From assembly GCA_016934735.1 (NCBI GenBank), contig JAFGSG010000055.1, forward strand, positions 2,111-66,110: a stretch of DNA of 64,000 nt, in the 5' to 3' direction. This DNA is from Spirochaetota bacterium (lineage in GTDB: Bacteria; Spirochaetota; UBA4802; JAFGDQ01). Made by a program: the position numbers and the translations under genes. Shown here in pieces: positions 10,713 to 19,039 of this stretch (position 1 is the stretch's first letter; every line of letters starts with the position of its first letter). The notes beneath the pieces were generated by a model, which was not told where the DNA came from, did not search any database, and worked only from the letters and a program-made list of their open reading frames with translations.

Positions 10713-11042
10713 ATGATAGAATTTACCGATAAAGGCGATGGCGTTTATGTACTGCAGGTAAAAATCCCGGAAGTCCACACATTAGATGTTCCTGATTTAA
10801 AAGAGAAAATCCAGCAGATAATTCTTAATAATGATATCAAAAAAGTAGTTCTGGACTTATCCAAAGTCAAAACAATCACAAGTTCCGGAATTGGAATCTT
10901 TCTAAACATCAATGAAGCATTAAAATCGAAATTCAGACTTGCCAGCCCCGGCCCGGAAGTTAAAAAAGTTCTGGAGCTTACTAAAGTCAGCACAATATTA
11001 AAAGTATTTGAAACAGTTGAAATGGCTATAAAGAGTTTTTAA
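10713..11042 (+). CDS. STAS domain protein (anti-sigma factor antagonist)
   Basis: VVLDLSKVKTITSSGIG and VLELT motifs. SD AAGGAG. Confidence 0.9.
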   Translation: MIEFTDKGDGVYVLQVKIPEVHTLDVPDLKEKIQQIILNNDIKKVVLDLSKVKTITSSGIGIFLNINEALKSKFRLASPGPEVKKVLELTKVSTILKVFETVEMAIKSF

Positions 11043-11094
11043 CCTGTAGTAATATATCTGCATCCATTATCCTGATCTATCATAAAAGATTGTC

Positions 11095-11379
11095 ATGATT
11101 AATAATGAATTTGAAATAACAGTAACACCGAAATCTTCAAAATCAGAAGTATTTATTAACGGAGATAGTATAAAAATATATTTAAACTCACTTCCGGCGG
11201 ACGGGAAGGCGAACTCGGAATTAATTAAACTTTTATCGAAAGAGCTGCATATCGCGAAATCCGGTATTAGAATAATAAAAGGGGAAAAGAGCAGAAAGAA
11301 AAAAATTGCGATAGAGGGGTTTACAAAAGAGGAAATAATAAAAAGGTTCGCTGCTACAGTAAATCATCCAGCTCTTTAA
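11095..11379 (+). CDS. DUF167/YggU family protein
   Basis: VTPKSS, P.DGKAN.ELI and I..GEKSR.K motifs. Confidence 0.88.
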   Translation: MINNEFEITVTPKSSKSEVFINGDSIKIYLNSLPADGKANSELIKLLSKELHIAKSGIRIIKGEKSRKKKIAIEGFTKEEIIKRFAATVNHPAL

Positions 11380-13207
11380 GGATCGAGTCTTTCTTTTGCT
11401 TTTGATTATTTTTGATCATTCTTTCTTCAACAGGAGGGCGCTCTTTAATCTCCTGTTTTTCTTTTAAAAGATTCGAATCAAAAATAGTCTCTTCTCCTTC
11501 ATTGAACTCAGGATTTCCGCACAGGTCACCCTCAAGACTGAGCCTGTAAATGAAGGCCATAGCGTAGTTATATGCGCAGTCTATTGCTTCGCATACATTT
11601 TTGTTGTTAATTATTTTATCGCCTTCTATTGCCGTCTCGAAACTAATTATATCCTCCGGATTAACTACTATGTTTTTTCCGCTGTTCATATCGTCTATAA
11701 GTGTTTTTAATTCCCTGCACAATTTTTCCATAAACATTTTTATCTGGGCTCTTGCCTCTGCGGCGATATGATTTTTTTCTTTATTGAGGGCTGAAAGCCT
11801 GTTGGAATATTCAATGAATTGAGTGCTGCTGATCGGCTTTTCACTTTTTAATTTGTCAAACGCGGCCAGGGTATTTGCATAGTCGAGCAATCTGTTTTTG
11901 CATTTTCCGATTTCATTGTAAATGTTCGCGAATTTATTTTTGAAATCAAGATTGTCAGAGGATTTAAAAATTGTATTATATTTTATTTTATTTGTTGTGA
12001 GAATAAATGAAAATTCTATGTCGAATTCATTGAAAAGCAGGTTCGCAATATAAATTTTATCTTTTGTATTAACGTTTTTAAATATTCTGTTTTTTGTGTA
12101 GATTTCACCGCTTTTCTCTATATCGATTTTACTCATAAGTTCCAGGCCTTTTTGCACCGGGTCAGGAATGACCTCGTTTTGATCTTCAGCCTTTTCCTTT
12201 CCGTCATCTTTGAAGGAAAGATTGTCATCAAACTGAAGATCAAAAGTCTTTGGAGGACTCTTCTTCCTTTTTCCCGGCATATCTTCCGGGAAGATGGAGA
12301 TTGTATCTTCAATATCTTTGTCGGATATGAATATTCTTTTTTCGTAGCAGCACATGAGCCAGTACAGCCTTGGATATAATTTATTAAAAATTATATAAAT
12401 ATTATTTTTTACCTTTCTTTTGTTTGAAGTAAAAAAAGTAAATTTTTCTTTTTCAAGCCGGTTTTGAAGTTTGAGCGCCCTGTCAAGTGCGATTAAAATA
12501 AGATCCTTATGCTGATTTAGAGGATATAATTTTCTGAATATTTTTGTAAACGGTTCCCTGAGTTCTTTAATTTCCTGAGGAACATCGGGGAAATTATAAA
12601 AGTGTTCCAGTATTTCATTTGAAGTAGTTCTGTCGTAAACATTTGAAAGGAGTTCGATAAGTTCAAAATACACCGGATGAATTTTATCTAATGAGTCGAT
12701 TATTCTCTGCCCGTTTCGCATGTTTTGTTTAAAAATATTAAAGTATATTGTCTGCATCGACAAAAGACACGGATTATATTCTTCATCATATTTTTTTATA
12801 AATTTCGGCATGAAATAATAGCCGGTGAAATCCGCGACATTCATTAAAAACAACCGGAGCCTGATTCTAAATCGCTGTAAAATAAGGCGAAATTGACTTA
12901 TTTCATTGATGTTAAATGATTGGCTCGCAGGTTTGATTTTTTCTTTTGTTTCTAAAGGATATTTAGGCGATGTTTTTTTTTGCGCATTTATGTCCGTGTA
13001 TTGAAACTTATTCTGTTTTTTTTCAGCTTCAAGCCTGTTCCTGAATCGTTTCTGCAGATCCCGGTCAAAATCCGAAAGCTTTCGTTCTTCCTTTTCGTTA
13101 ATTACTTCGCCGCCGGCTTCGACAAATTCGTTAAATAATTTTTTTCTGGTATGCTCGTCCAGCGATGTAACGCCTATATTTTGTTTGGTTTTCTCTACTT
13201 TTTTCAT
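11354..13207 (-). CDS. Hypothetical protein (617 aa, largely helical)
   Basis: Long ORF with typical composition. No motif recognised. Confidence 0.75.
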   Translation of the reverse strand: MKKVEKTKQNIGVTSLDEHTRKKLFNEFVEAGGEVINEKEERKLSDFDRDLQKRFRNRLEAEKKQNKFQYTDINAQKKTSPKYPLETKEKIKPASQSFNINEISQFRLILQRFRIRLRLFLMNVADFTGYYFMPKFIKKYDEEYNPCLLSMQTIYFNIFKQNMRNGQRIIDSLDKIHPVYFELIELLSNVYDRTTSNEILEHFYNFPDVPQEIKELREPFTKIFRKLYPLNQHKDLILIALDRALKLQNRLEKEKFTFFTSNKRKVKNNIYIIFNKLYPRLYWLMCCYEKRIFISDKDIEDTISIFPEDMPGKRKKSPPKTFDLQFDDNLSFKDDGKEKAEDQNEVIPDPVQKGLELMSKIDIEKSGEIYTKNRIFKNVNTKDKIYIANLLFNEFDIEFSFILTTNKIKYNTIFKSSDNLDFKNKFANIYNEIGKCKNRLLDYANTLAAFDKLKSEKPISSTQFIEYSNRLSALNKEKNHIAAEARAQIKMFMEKLCRELKTLIDDMNSGKNIVVNPEDIISFETAIEGDKIINNKNVCEAIDCAYNYAMAFIYRLSLEGDLCGNPEFNEGEETIFDSNLLKEKQEIKERPPVEERMIKNNQKQKKDSILKELDDLL

Positions 13208-13469
13208 TTTTAATTTTCCGGAATCTTTTTGCTGCTTTTAAAAATTTTGTATCAATATATCGGTAGATTAATTACGAAGATTTTAGAAGGATTTTCAAAC
13301 CTTCATATATGTTAGGTAGATATGAATGATTTTGTCAATTATAAAATAATGGATCAGCTAAAATATGGCAATCAATAATAAAAAATTTCTTGACAAATAA
13401 TTAACTTTTTATACTTTGATATCATTAGTTGAAATTATTAATATTAACTCATTAAGGTAAAAGCAGAAA

Positions 13470-13532
13470 ATGATCAATAATCAATCCATGGCTCACTCCT
13501 ATTATTATTTTTTTTACTACTCAACAGTATGA
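13470..13532 (+). CDS. Tyr/Phe-rich attenuator leader peptide MINNQSMAHSYYYFFYYSTV
   Basis: ATG 13470 (alternative ATG 13488), codons TAT TAT TAT TTT TTT TAC TAC, TGA 13530-13532. Lies just before the antiterminator/terminator segments. Confidence 0.8.
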   Translation: MINNQSMAHSYYYFFYYSTV

Positions 13533-13535
13533 GGA

Positions 13536-13601
13536 CTGCTCATGGAATGATTGATTTCTATAGTCGATATTAAGCCGTGGGCAGAAACCCACGGCTTTTT
13601 T
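13536..13601 (+). promoter_or_regulatory. Transcription attenuator 1 (alternative antiterminator/terminator)
   Basis: Terminator AAGCCGTGGG-cagaaa-CCCACGGCTT plus T-run (13572-13601). CTGCTCATGG (13536-13545) can pair with CCGTGGGCAG (13575-13584), which is mutually exclusive with the terminator. Confidence 0.85.
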
Positions 13602-13687
13602 ATTTTTTAGGCCTTTTAAAAAAATAAAGAAAGTAAATAGACTTTCTTAGAATTAATTAAAATATAAATAAAACAACAGAGGTAGGT

Positions 13688-14935
13688 ATGGCAGAAGAAA
13701 AAAAAGTTGCAAGAAAGAAGCTTAGAACAGCTGAAGCTATGGGAAAATTTATGGCAGATTATTATTATGAACTGGATAATGCTGCAAAGACCGGTGAGAA
13801 AAAGATTGCGTGGTGTACAAGCGTTGGTCCGGCTGAAATATTAAGAGCTATGGGATTTCTTGTTTATTTCCCTGAGACGCATTCAGCAATGCTCGGCAGT
13901 TCAAGAATGGCCACTGATTATATTCCATATGCAAATGCCCTGGACTATTCTCCCGAAGTATGTTCGTATATGACTGCTGACATCGGAGCTTTTTTACAGG
14001 GTGTGACCCCTTTATCAAAAGCGTTTCCAGGAATACAAAGCATACCTAAACCGGATGTTCTGGTATTTAACACAAATCAATGCAGGGACGTTCGTGACTG
14101 GTTTTCCTGGTTTGCGAGAAGGTTCAATGTTCCGATCGTTGGAGTTGACGGGAATAGACATGTAAAAGTAGTGACTGATACTATTGTTGAGTCAAATGCA
14201 AAGCAAATGGAAAATCTTATTCCGCCTCTTGAAAAAGTAATTGGTAAAAAATTTGATATTGATAAACTTAGGGAAGCAGTAGCGCTTTCACGGAAATGTT
14301 CTAACCTATGGAAGGATATTCTTGAAGTTGCATCAGTTAAACCGTCTCCTCTGACATTCTTTGACGGCTGCACGCTTATGGGGCCGGCAGTTGTTGCCAG
14401 AGGGACACAGCCCGCTGTAGATATATATGAGCAGCTTCTCGAGGAGATGAAGGAAAGGGTTAAAGATAAGGAAGGGGCTGTTGAGAACGAAAAGTTCAGG
14501 ATTTACTGGGACGGAATGCCTGTTTGGGGAAGATTGAGAGCACATTCTGAATTATTCGCAGGATTGAACGCGAATGTGCTCGCATCCACGTATTGCAGCT
14601 CATGGATATTCACCGCTTTAGATCCGGCTGAACCGTTCAAAAGCATGGCAAGGGCATATAGTGAGCTTTTTAATTCCAGGTCTGACGAGTATAAGGAAGA
14701 ATATATCAAAGAAAAAATAAAATTATATGGTATAGACGGTATAATCTTCCATGATGCAAAGACATGTCCGTATAATACAAACTGCCGTTACGGTATGTCA
14801 AAAAGACTTGAGAATGAAACCGGTATACCAAGCCTTATCATCAATGGTGATTTAAATGACCTTCGTCTGGTTTCGGATGAGCAGATGAAAACCAATGTCG
14901 AAGCATTTATTGAACAGCTCGCGGAGAACAAATAA
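13688..14935 (+). CDS. 2-hydroxyacyl-CoA dehydratase subunit (HgdA/FldB/HadB/BcrB-like)
   Basis: Conserved Cys motifs YSPEVCSY, NTNQC and AKTC, plus PKPDVL, KFDIDKLRE, EKFRIYWDG and GIPSLIINGDL. SD GAGGT. Confidence 0.88.
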   Translation: MAEEKKVARKKLRTAEAMGKFMADYYYELDNAAKTGEKKIAWCTSVGPAEILRAMGFLVYFPETHSAMLGSSRMATDYIPYANALDYSPEVCSYMTADIGAFLQGVTPLSKAFPGIQSIPKPDVLVFNTNQCRDVRDWFSWFARRFNVPIVGVDGNRHVKVVTDTIVESNAKQMENLIPPLEKVIGKKFDIDKLREAVALSRKCSNLWKDILEVASVKPSPLTFFDGCTLMGPAVVARGTQPAVDIYEQLLEEMKERVKDKEGAVENEKFRIYWDGMPVWGRLRAHSELFAGLNANVLASTYCSSWIFTALDPAEPFKSMARAYSELFNSRSDEYKEEYIKEKIKLYGIDGIIFHDAKTCPYNTNCRYGMSKRLENETGIPSLIINGDLNDLRLVSDEQMKTNVEAFIEQLAENK

Positions 14936-15022
14936 AATATTATATTGTAGTTAAAAATAAATATGAATATGATAATAATAAAAATTAAATTTTTATTACG
15001 AACTTTTATTTTTGTCGATGTG

Positions 15023-15118
15023 ATGAGACAGTTTACTAATGTGAGAAATTTTATAGCTGAAGAACTGAACTCAATGATTTATTTTTATTATTATTACTAT
15101 TATTATCCTTATGGATGA
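15023..15118 (+). CDS. Poly-Tyr attenuator leader peptide (MRQFTNVRNFIAEELNS)MIYFYYYYYYYPYG
   Basis: In-frame ATGs at 15023 and 15074. Nine Tyr codons, seven consecutive. TGA 15116-15118. Confidence 0.82.
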   Translation: MRQFTNVRNFIAEELNSMIYFYYYYYYYPYG

Positions 15119-15121
15119 AGA

Positions 15122-15187
15122 CTGCTCATGGAATGAAATTCTATATAATCGAATTAAAACCGTGGGCGGGAGCCCACGGTTTTTTTT
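15122..15187 (+). promoter_or_regulatory. Transcription attenuator 2 (paralogue of attenuator 1)
   Basis: Shares GACTGCTCATGGAATGA with attenuator 1. Terminator AAAACCGTGGGC-ggga-GCCCACGGTTTT plus T-run (15156-15187). CTGCTCATGG (15122-15131) can pair with CCGTGGGCGG (15160-15169). Confidence 0.85.
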
Positions 15188-15349
15188 ATTTATAGGGTCG
15201 TTTCAAAAGGAAGTTAACTGAGGTTTCTCAGCGGTTATAAATAATCATCACAATAATAGAGGTTAATAAAGCTGAGATAAAGAGTAAATGAAAGCATTGT
15301 TTGAACAAATCATAAAAATTAAAAAATTAAATCAAAAGGAAAAAATAAT

Positions 15350-16285
15350 ATGGAAACTACATTAACAAAAATTAAACCGATACAACATACTGAACATTTT
15401 TTTCAGCTGGGAACCCCATTCTTCCCCGTGTACTTGTCCCTTGGAAAAGAGGCAATGCTCATAGAGGGCGGTACCGGAGGAACCCTTGATCTTGTCAAGG
15501 ATCAGATCGGGGAACTGGGACTTGATATCAATAAAATAAAGTATATTGCTCTCACACATTCACATGGAGATCATATCGGGCTTGTTCCGCATTTGATTCC
15601 GGAATGGAAACATGTTAAACTGGCGGCAAGTCCCAAGTCTGTGGATTTTTTAAAAGATCCGAATGTGATTAAACAGTTTGTAGAGATGGATAATTTTATT
15701 GCCGAGAGATTGGTGTCCCTGGGCGAGACATATTCCAAACCTCCTAAACTTGAAAAATATGAATTTAATGTTGGAAAAGTAATCGATGAAGGGGATACTC
15801 TGGATTTAGGCGGCGGTGTCAGATGGAGGGTTGTCAGGATAACCGGCCATTCTCCGTGCCAGATCGCATATTTTGAAGAGAAAGAAGGCACTTTGGTTGT
15901 CGGCGACGGCACAGGGTTGTATTTTCCTAGGATAGACGCTTTCTGGCCCGAGTATTTTTTATCACTTGAACAGTACTGTGCAAGCATGCACAAGCTGTCT
16001 GCTTTTAATGGTAAGAGGGTTGCTTTGAGCCATTTCGGAGTGGTTGACGGAAATTCCAGAGAATTTATAAAAAAGTCGTTGAAAGCTACAGAGGCATATC
16101 ATAATGAGATGATTGAAAGAATCAGGAACGGAGAAGACCCGAATGTGGTTGCACTGGAGAAAACAAAATGGGTACTGAGCAATCATAATTATATGTCGTT
16201 TGAGATAACCGAACAGATGGCCAGACTGCTCATAAAACGTTCGCAGAAAGATGCGGATAAGTCAGGGATGTTTGCCGGTTTGTAA
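15350..16285 (+). CDS. MBL-fold metallo-hydrolase
   Basis: THSHGDH metal-binding motif, TGHS, VGD and C-terminal SH. Confidence 0.9.
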   Translation: METTLTKIKPIQHTEHFFQLGTPFFPVYLSLGKEAMLIEGGTGGTLDLVKDQIGELGLDINKIKYIALTHSHGDHIGLVPHLIPEWKHVKLAASPKSVDFLKDPNVIKQFVEMDNFIAERLVSLGETYSKPPKLEKYEFNVGKVIDEGDTLDLGGGVRWRVVRITGHSPCQIAYFEEKEGTLVVGDGTGLYFPRIDAFWPEYFLSLEQYCASMHKLSAFNGKRVALSHFGVVDGNSREFIKKSLKATEAYHNEMIERIRNGEDPNVVALEKTKWVLSNHNYMSFEITEQMARLLIKRSQKDADKSGMFAGL

Positions 16286-16369
16286 AATATTATACTGACG
16301 CAATGCATTACACTAATGATGCGATTCATTGCGTCTTTTCGCAAAACAATACAGAATATGGAGGCCTTC

Positions 16370-17146
16370 ATGCAGTCAAAGCAAGTATACGTTGGAGTTG
16401 ACATCGGATCTTCAAGAACAAAAGTAGCAGTGTTAGATGCGGATAAAAAATTTATAGGACGCGCTATTTTACACTCGGGTACGGATTTCGGCGGCACGGC
16501 TGAAGTCTGTCTTGAGTCTGCATTGAAGATGGCAGATGCTTCCACATATGACATTATTAAAACAATATCGACCGGCTATGGCAGAAAGAACGTTTCGTTT
16601 TCGAATGATACGAAAACCGAGATTGCATGCCATTCCGCAGGCTGTTATTATTATTTTCCCGAAGCAATAACAGTGATCGATATAGGCGGTCAGGACAATA
16701 AGATCATAAAGATAGATAAAAACGGCAGACGTATTAATTTTAAGATGAATAGAAAATGTGCAGCCGGGACTGGAGCTTTTCTGGAAGAGATGTCCATGCG
16801 GCTCAATATACCGCTTGAGGACATGAATGATCTGGCAAGTCAGTCCACTGACATGGTTAAACTCGGCAGTTTCTGCACGGTTTTCTCGGCCACTGAAGTG
16901 CTTGAAAACATCCGGCATGGGAAAAAAGTACCCGATATTGTTAAGGGTCTTTTCTATTCAGTGATCAAACGCGTTCTCGAGATGGATTCTCTTACCGATA
17001 ATGTAGTAATGACAGGCGGGGTCGTTGCACATAACCTCTATCTGGTCTCCATGACAGAAGAAATACTTAAGAGAAAGATATTAGTCCCGGAGTATCCCCA
17101 GTTTACAGGAGCCATTGGCGCAGCTCTCTTTGCTATGCAGGAATAA
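16370..17146 (+). CDS. ATP-dependent activator of 2-hydroxyacyl-CoA dehydratase (HgdC/FldI/BcrAD family)
   Basis: GVDIGS, TGYGR, EIACH, IDIGGQD.K, MNRKCAAGTG.FLE and CTVF. Start set at ATG 16370 from the GGAGG SD at 16360. Confidence 0.92.
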   Translation: MQSKQVYVGVDIGSSRTKVAVLDADKKFIGRAILHSGTDFGGTAEVCLESALKMADASTYDIIKTISTGYGRKNVSFSNDTKTEIACHSAGCYYYFPEAITVIDIGGQDNKIIKIDKNGRRINFKMNRKCAAGTGAFLEEMSMRLNIPLEDMNDLASQSTDMVKLGSFCTVFSATEVLENIRHGKKVPDIVKGLFYSVIKRVLEMDSLTDNVVMTGGVVAHNLYLVSMTEEILKRKILVPEYPQFTGAIGAALFAMQE

Positions 17147-17183
17147 TTACCCTGATGTAAAATCATACACCAAATTAAAATAT

Positions 17184-17245
17184 AATACCCCGGTTACGCC
17201 GAAGGTGGAAGCCGGTGCGGTAGCACCGGGGGCTTGCTCTGAGAA
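17184..17245 (+). repeat. ~62-bp GC-rich structured dispersed element, copy 1
   Basis: AATACCCCG...CCGAAG.TGG..GCCGGT...ACC.GGGG.TTGC. About 40/54 ungapped identity (counted by eye) to the reverse complement of 21372-21434. Confidence 0.7.
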
Positions 17246-17417
17246 ATTTAATTAAAAATTATATTATACGGTATGTTTAATGTGTAGACATCGAGTTAAT
17301 ATGTTCAGTCGGTTTTTTTTATTGCATTTTTAGGGCTATTTAAAAACATGTATATGAAAAATAAATATTTTTATTATAAATCATTTTACGTATTAAATTC
17401 GTCACAGGAGTAACAAT

Positions 17418-18950
17418 ATGAACGTAGCTACAAATTTAGAGATGTCAGCAAGATATTTCCCTAAGAATCCGGCACTAAGCATGGATGGCAGGGAGATTAC
17501 TTATGCGCAGTTTAACGAAGAAGCAAACCGTGTCGCAACTGCTTTTTTAAAACTCGGCATGAAGGCAGGAGACCACATTGGTATTTGCGCGCCTAATTCG
17601 CCAGAATGGCTTATTCTATACTTCGGCATATTGAAAATGGGTGCAATTGCAATAACACTCGGATTTCAGTTAAGCCCGGATGAGCTTCGTATGCTTCTCG
17701 GACATGCCAAACCTAGAATGCTTTTTACCACAGATGCTCGGTTAAAAGATATTGAAAGCCTCAGGGGCGGAAACGGGATTGAGAAAGTCATATGCCCGAA
17801 CGGCGATATGTCCTATGAAAAGCTGGTTGCTATGGGCAGTGCAAAATTCGAAGCAGTTTATCGTGACCGTGATGATACGGCCTCTGTACTTTATACCGGA
17901 GGCACTACAGGTATACCCAAAGGTGTAATGACTACTCATCTTAATATCAATACTTCAGCACATAATGTAGCATACAGCGAAAGGTCAACCGAAAAAGACA
18001 GGGCTTTGTGCTTTTTGCCGTTTAATCATGTATTTGGGCAGATGCATGTTATGAATGCGACGGTTTTCAGTGCAGGCTGTCTCGAGATACTGTCTGCTCC
18101 GGATATGGATAAAATGCTGGGTCTTATAAAAGCCGGCAGAATAACAAAACTTTTTTCAGTTCCTACAGTTTATACCCGTCTGTTAACTTTACCGGATGTG
18201 AGACAACTGATGTCAAAAGTCCGTTACTGTTTTTCTGCAGGAGCTGCAATGGCAGCCGAGATAGTCCGTCAATGGAAAGAATCGACAGGGCTTTTGATAT
18301 TTGAAGGTTACGGACTCACCGAGACAGCCTCGGCCGTAACATATAATCATTATTATGAACATGTTATTGGTTCCATAGGCGCCACTGTTCCGGGAATTGA
18401 GACTCAGATCAGAGATATCTCTACCGGAGAAGCTCTGGCGGTTGGGAAAGAAGGCGAGATCTGCATCAGAGGGAATAATATCATGAAAGGCTATCTGAAT
18501 AATCCTCAGGCAACGTATGATACATTCTGGCATCTGGATAAGGACAAGAAAAGACATGAAGACCAGTGGTTTAGATCCGGAGATGTGGGATATATGGACG
18601 AGCGCGGGTATTTTTATATTGTTGACCGCCTGAAAGACATGATAATTACCGGCGGAGAGAATGTATACTCAACAGAAGTAGAAGAGGCTATCTATAAAAA
18701 GCCGGAAATTCAGGAATGCGCAGTAATAGGCATACCTGACAGGGAATGGGGAGAAAAGGTAGCTGCCTTTATGATAGTTAAACCCGGAATGAATGTGACA
18801 GGCGATGAGATGAAAGCATTTCTGAAAAAAACGCTGGCACCATTCAAGGTTCCCAAGATTTATGAGTTTGTAAAGGATTTCCCCAGAACCGGTAAAGGTT
18901 CTATTCTAAAACGCGAAATAAGGGCACAGTTTACCGGCGGGAAGAAGTAA
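17418..18950 (+). CDS. Acyl-CoA synthetase / AMP-binding ligase
   Basis: YTGGTTGIPKG, EGYGLTET, RSGDVG, DRLKDMIITGGENVY and PRTGKG. SD AGGAG. Confidence 0.93.
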   Translation: MNVATNLEMSARYFPKNPALSMDGREITYAQFNEEANRVATAFLKLGMKAGDHIGICAPNSPEWLILYFGILKMGAIAITLGFQLSPDELRMLLGHAKPRMLFTTDARLKDIESLRGGNGIEKVICPNGDMSYEKLVAMGSAKFEAVYRDRDDTASVLYTGGTTGIPKGVMTTHLNINTSAHNVAYSERSTEKDRALCFLPFNHVFGQMHVMNATVFSAGCLEILSAPDMDKMLGLIKAGRITKLFSVPTVYTRLLTLPDVRQLMSKVRYCFSAGAAMAAEIVRQWKESTGLLIFEGYGLTETASAVTYNHYYEHVIGSIGATVPGIETQIRDISTGEALAVGKEGEICIRGNNIMKGYLNNPQATYDTFWHLDKDKKRHEDQWFRSGDVGYMDERGYFYIVDRLKDMIITGGENVYSTEVEEAIYKKPEIQECAVIGIPDREWGEKVAAFMIVKPGMNVTGDEMKAFLKKTLAPFKVPKIYEFVKDFPRTGKGSILKREIRAQFTGGKK

Positions 18951-18980
18951 ATATTAAAATAAGTATAAATTCATTCAAAG

Positions 18981-19017
18981 ATAATAAAGCCTGCGGTTTT
19001 CCCGCAGGCTTTATTAT
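18981..19017. terminator. Bidirectional intrinsic terminator
   Basis: ATAATAAAGCCTGCGG-ttttc-CCGCAGGCTTTATTAT between convergent genes. Confidence 0.8.
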
Positions 19018-19039
19018 TGGTTTATTTAATATATTAAAT

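Noticed and set aside
13390-13417. Sigma70 promoter for attenuator 1
   Set aside because: TTGACA is present, but the best -10 (TATACT) is only 14 bp away and the 16-bp alternative (TACTTT) is weak. Not called as a feature.
15080-15106. Simple (TAT)n microsatellite or phase-variation tract
   Set aside because: The run includes a synonymous TAC, stays in frame with a start and stop, and is mirrored by a paralogous attenuator. It is better explained as control codons.
17184-17245. Known riboswitch (c-di-GMP, SAM, cobalamin, TPP)
   Set aside because: It lacks the diagnostic consensus motifs I can recognise. Kept only as an unexplained repeat.
17348-17413. Short ORF MYMKNKYFYYKSFYVLNSSQE as a third Tyr leader
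   Set aside because: There is no downstream terminator/antiterminator, and Y/F/K/N codons are expected in such AT-rich DNA. Its stop abuts the ligase SD, so translational coupling is not fully excluded.
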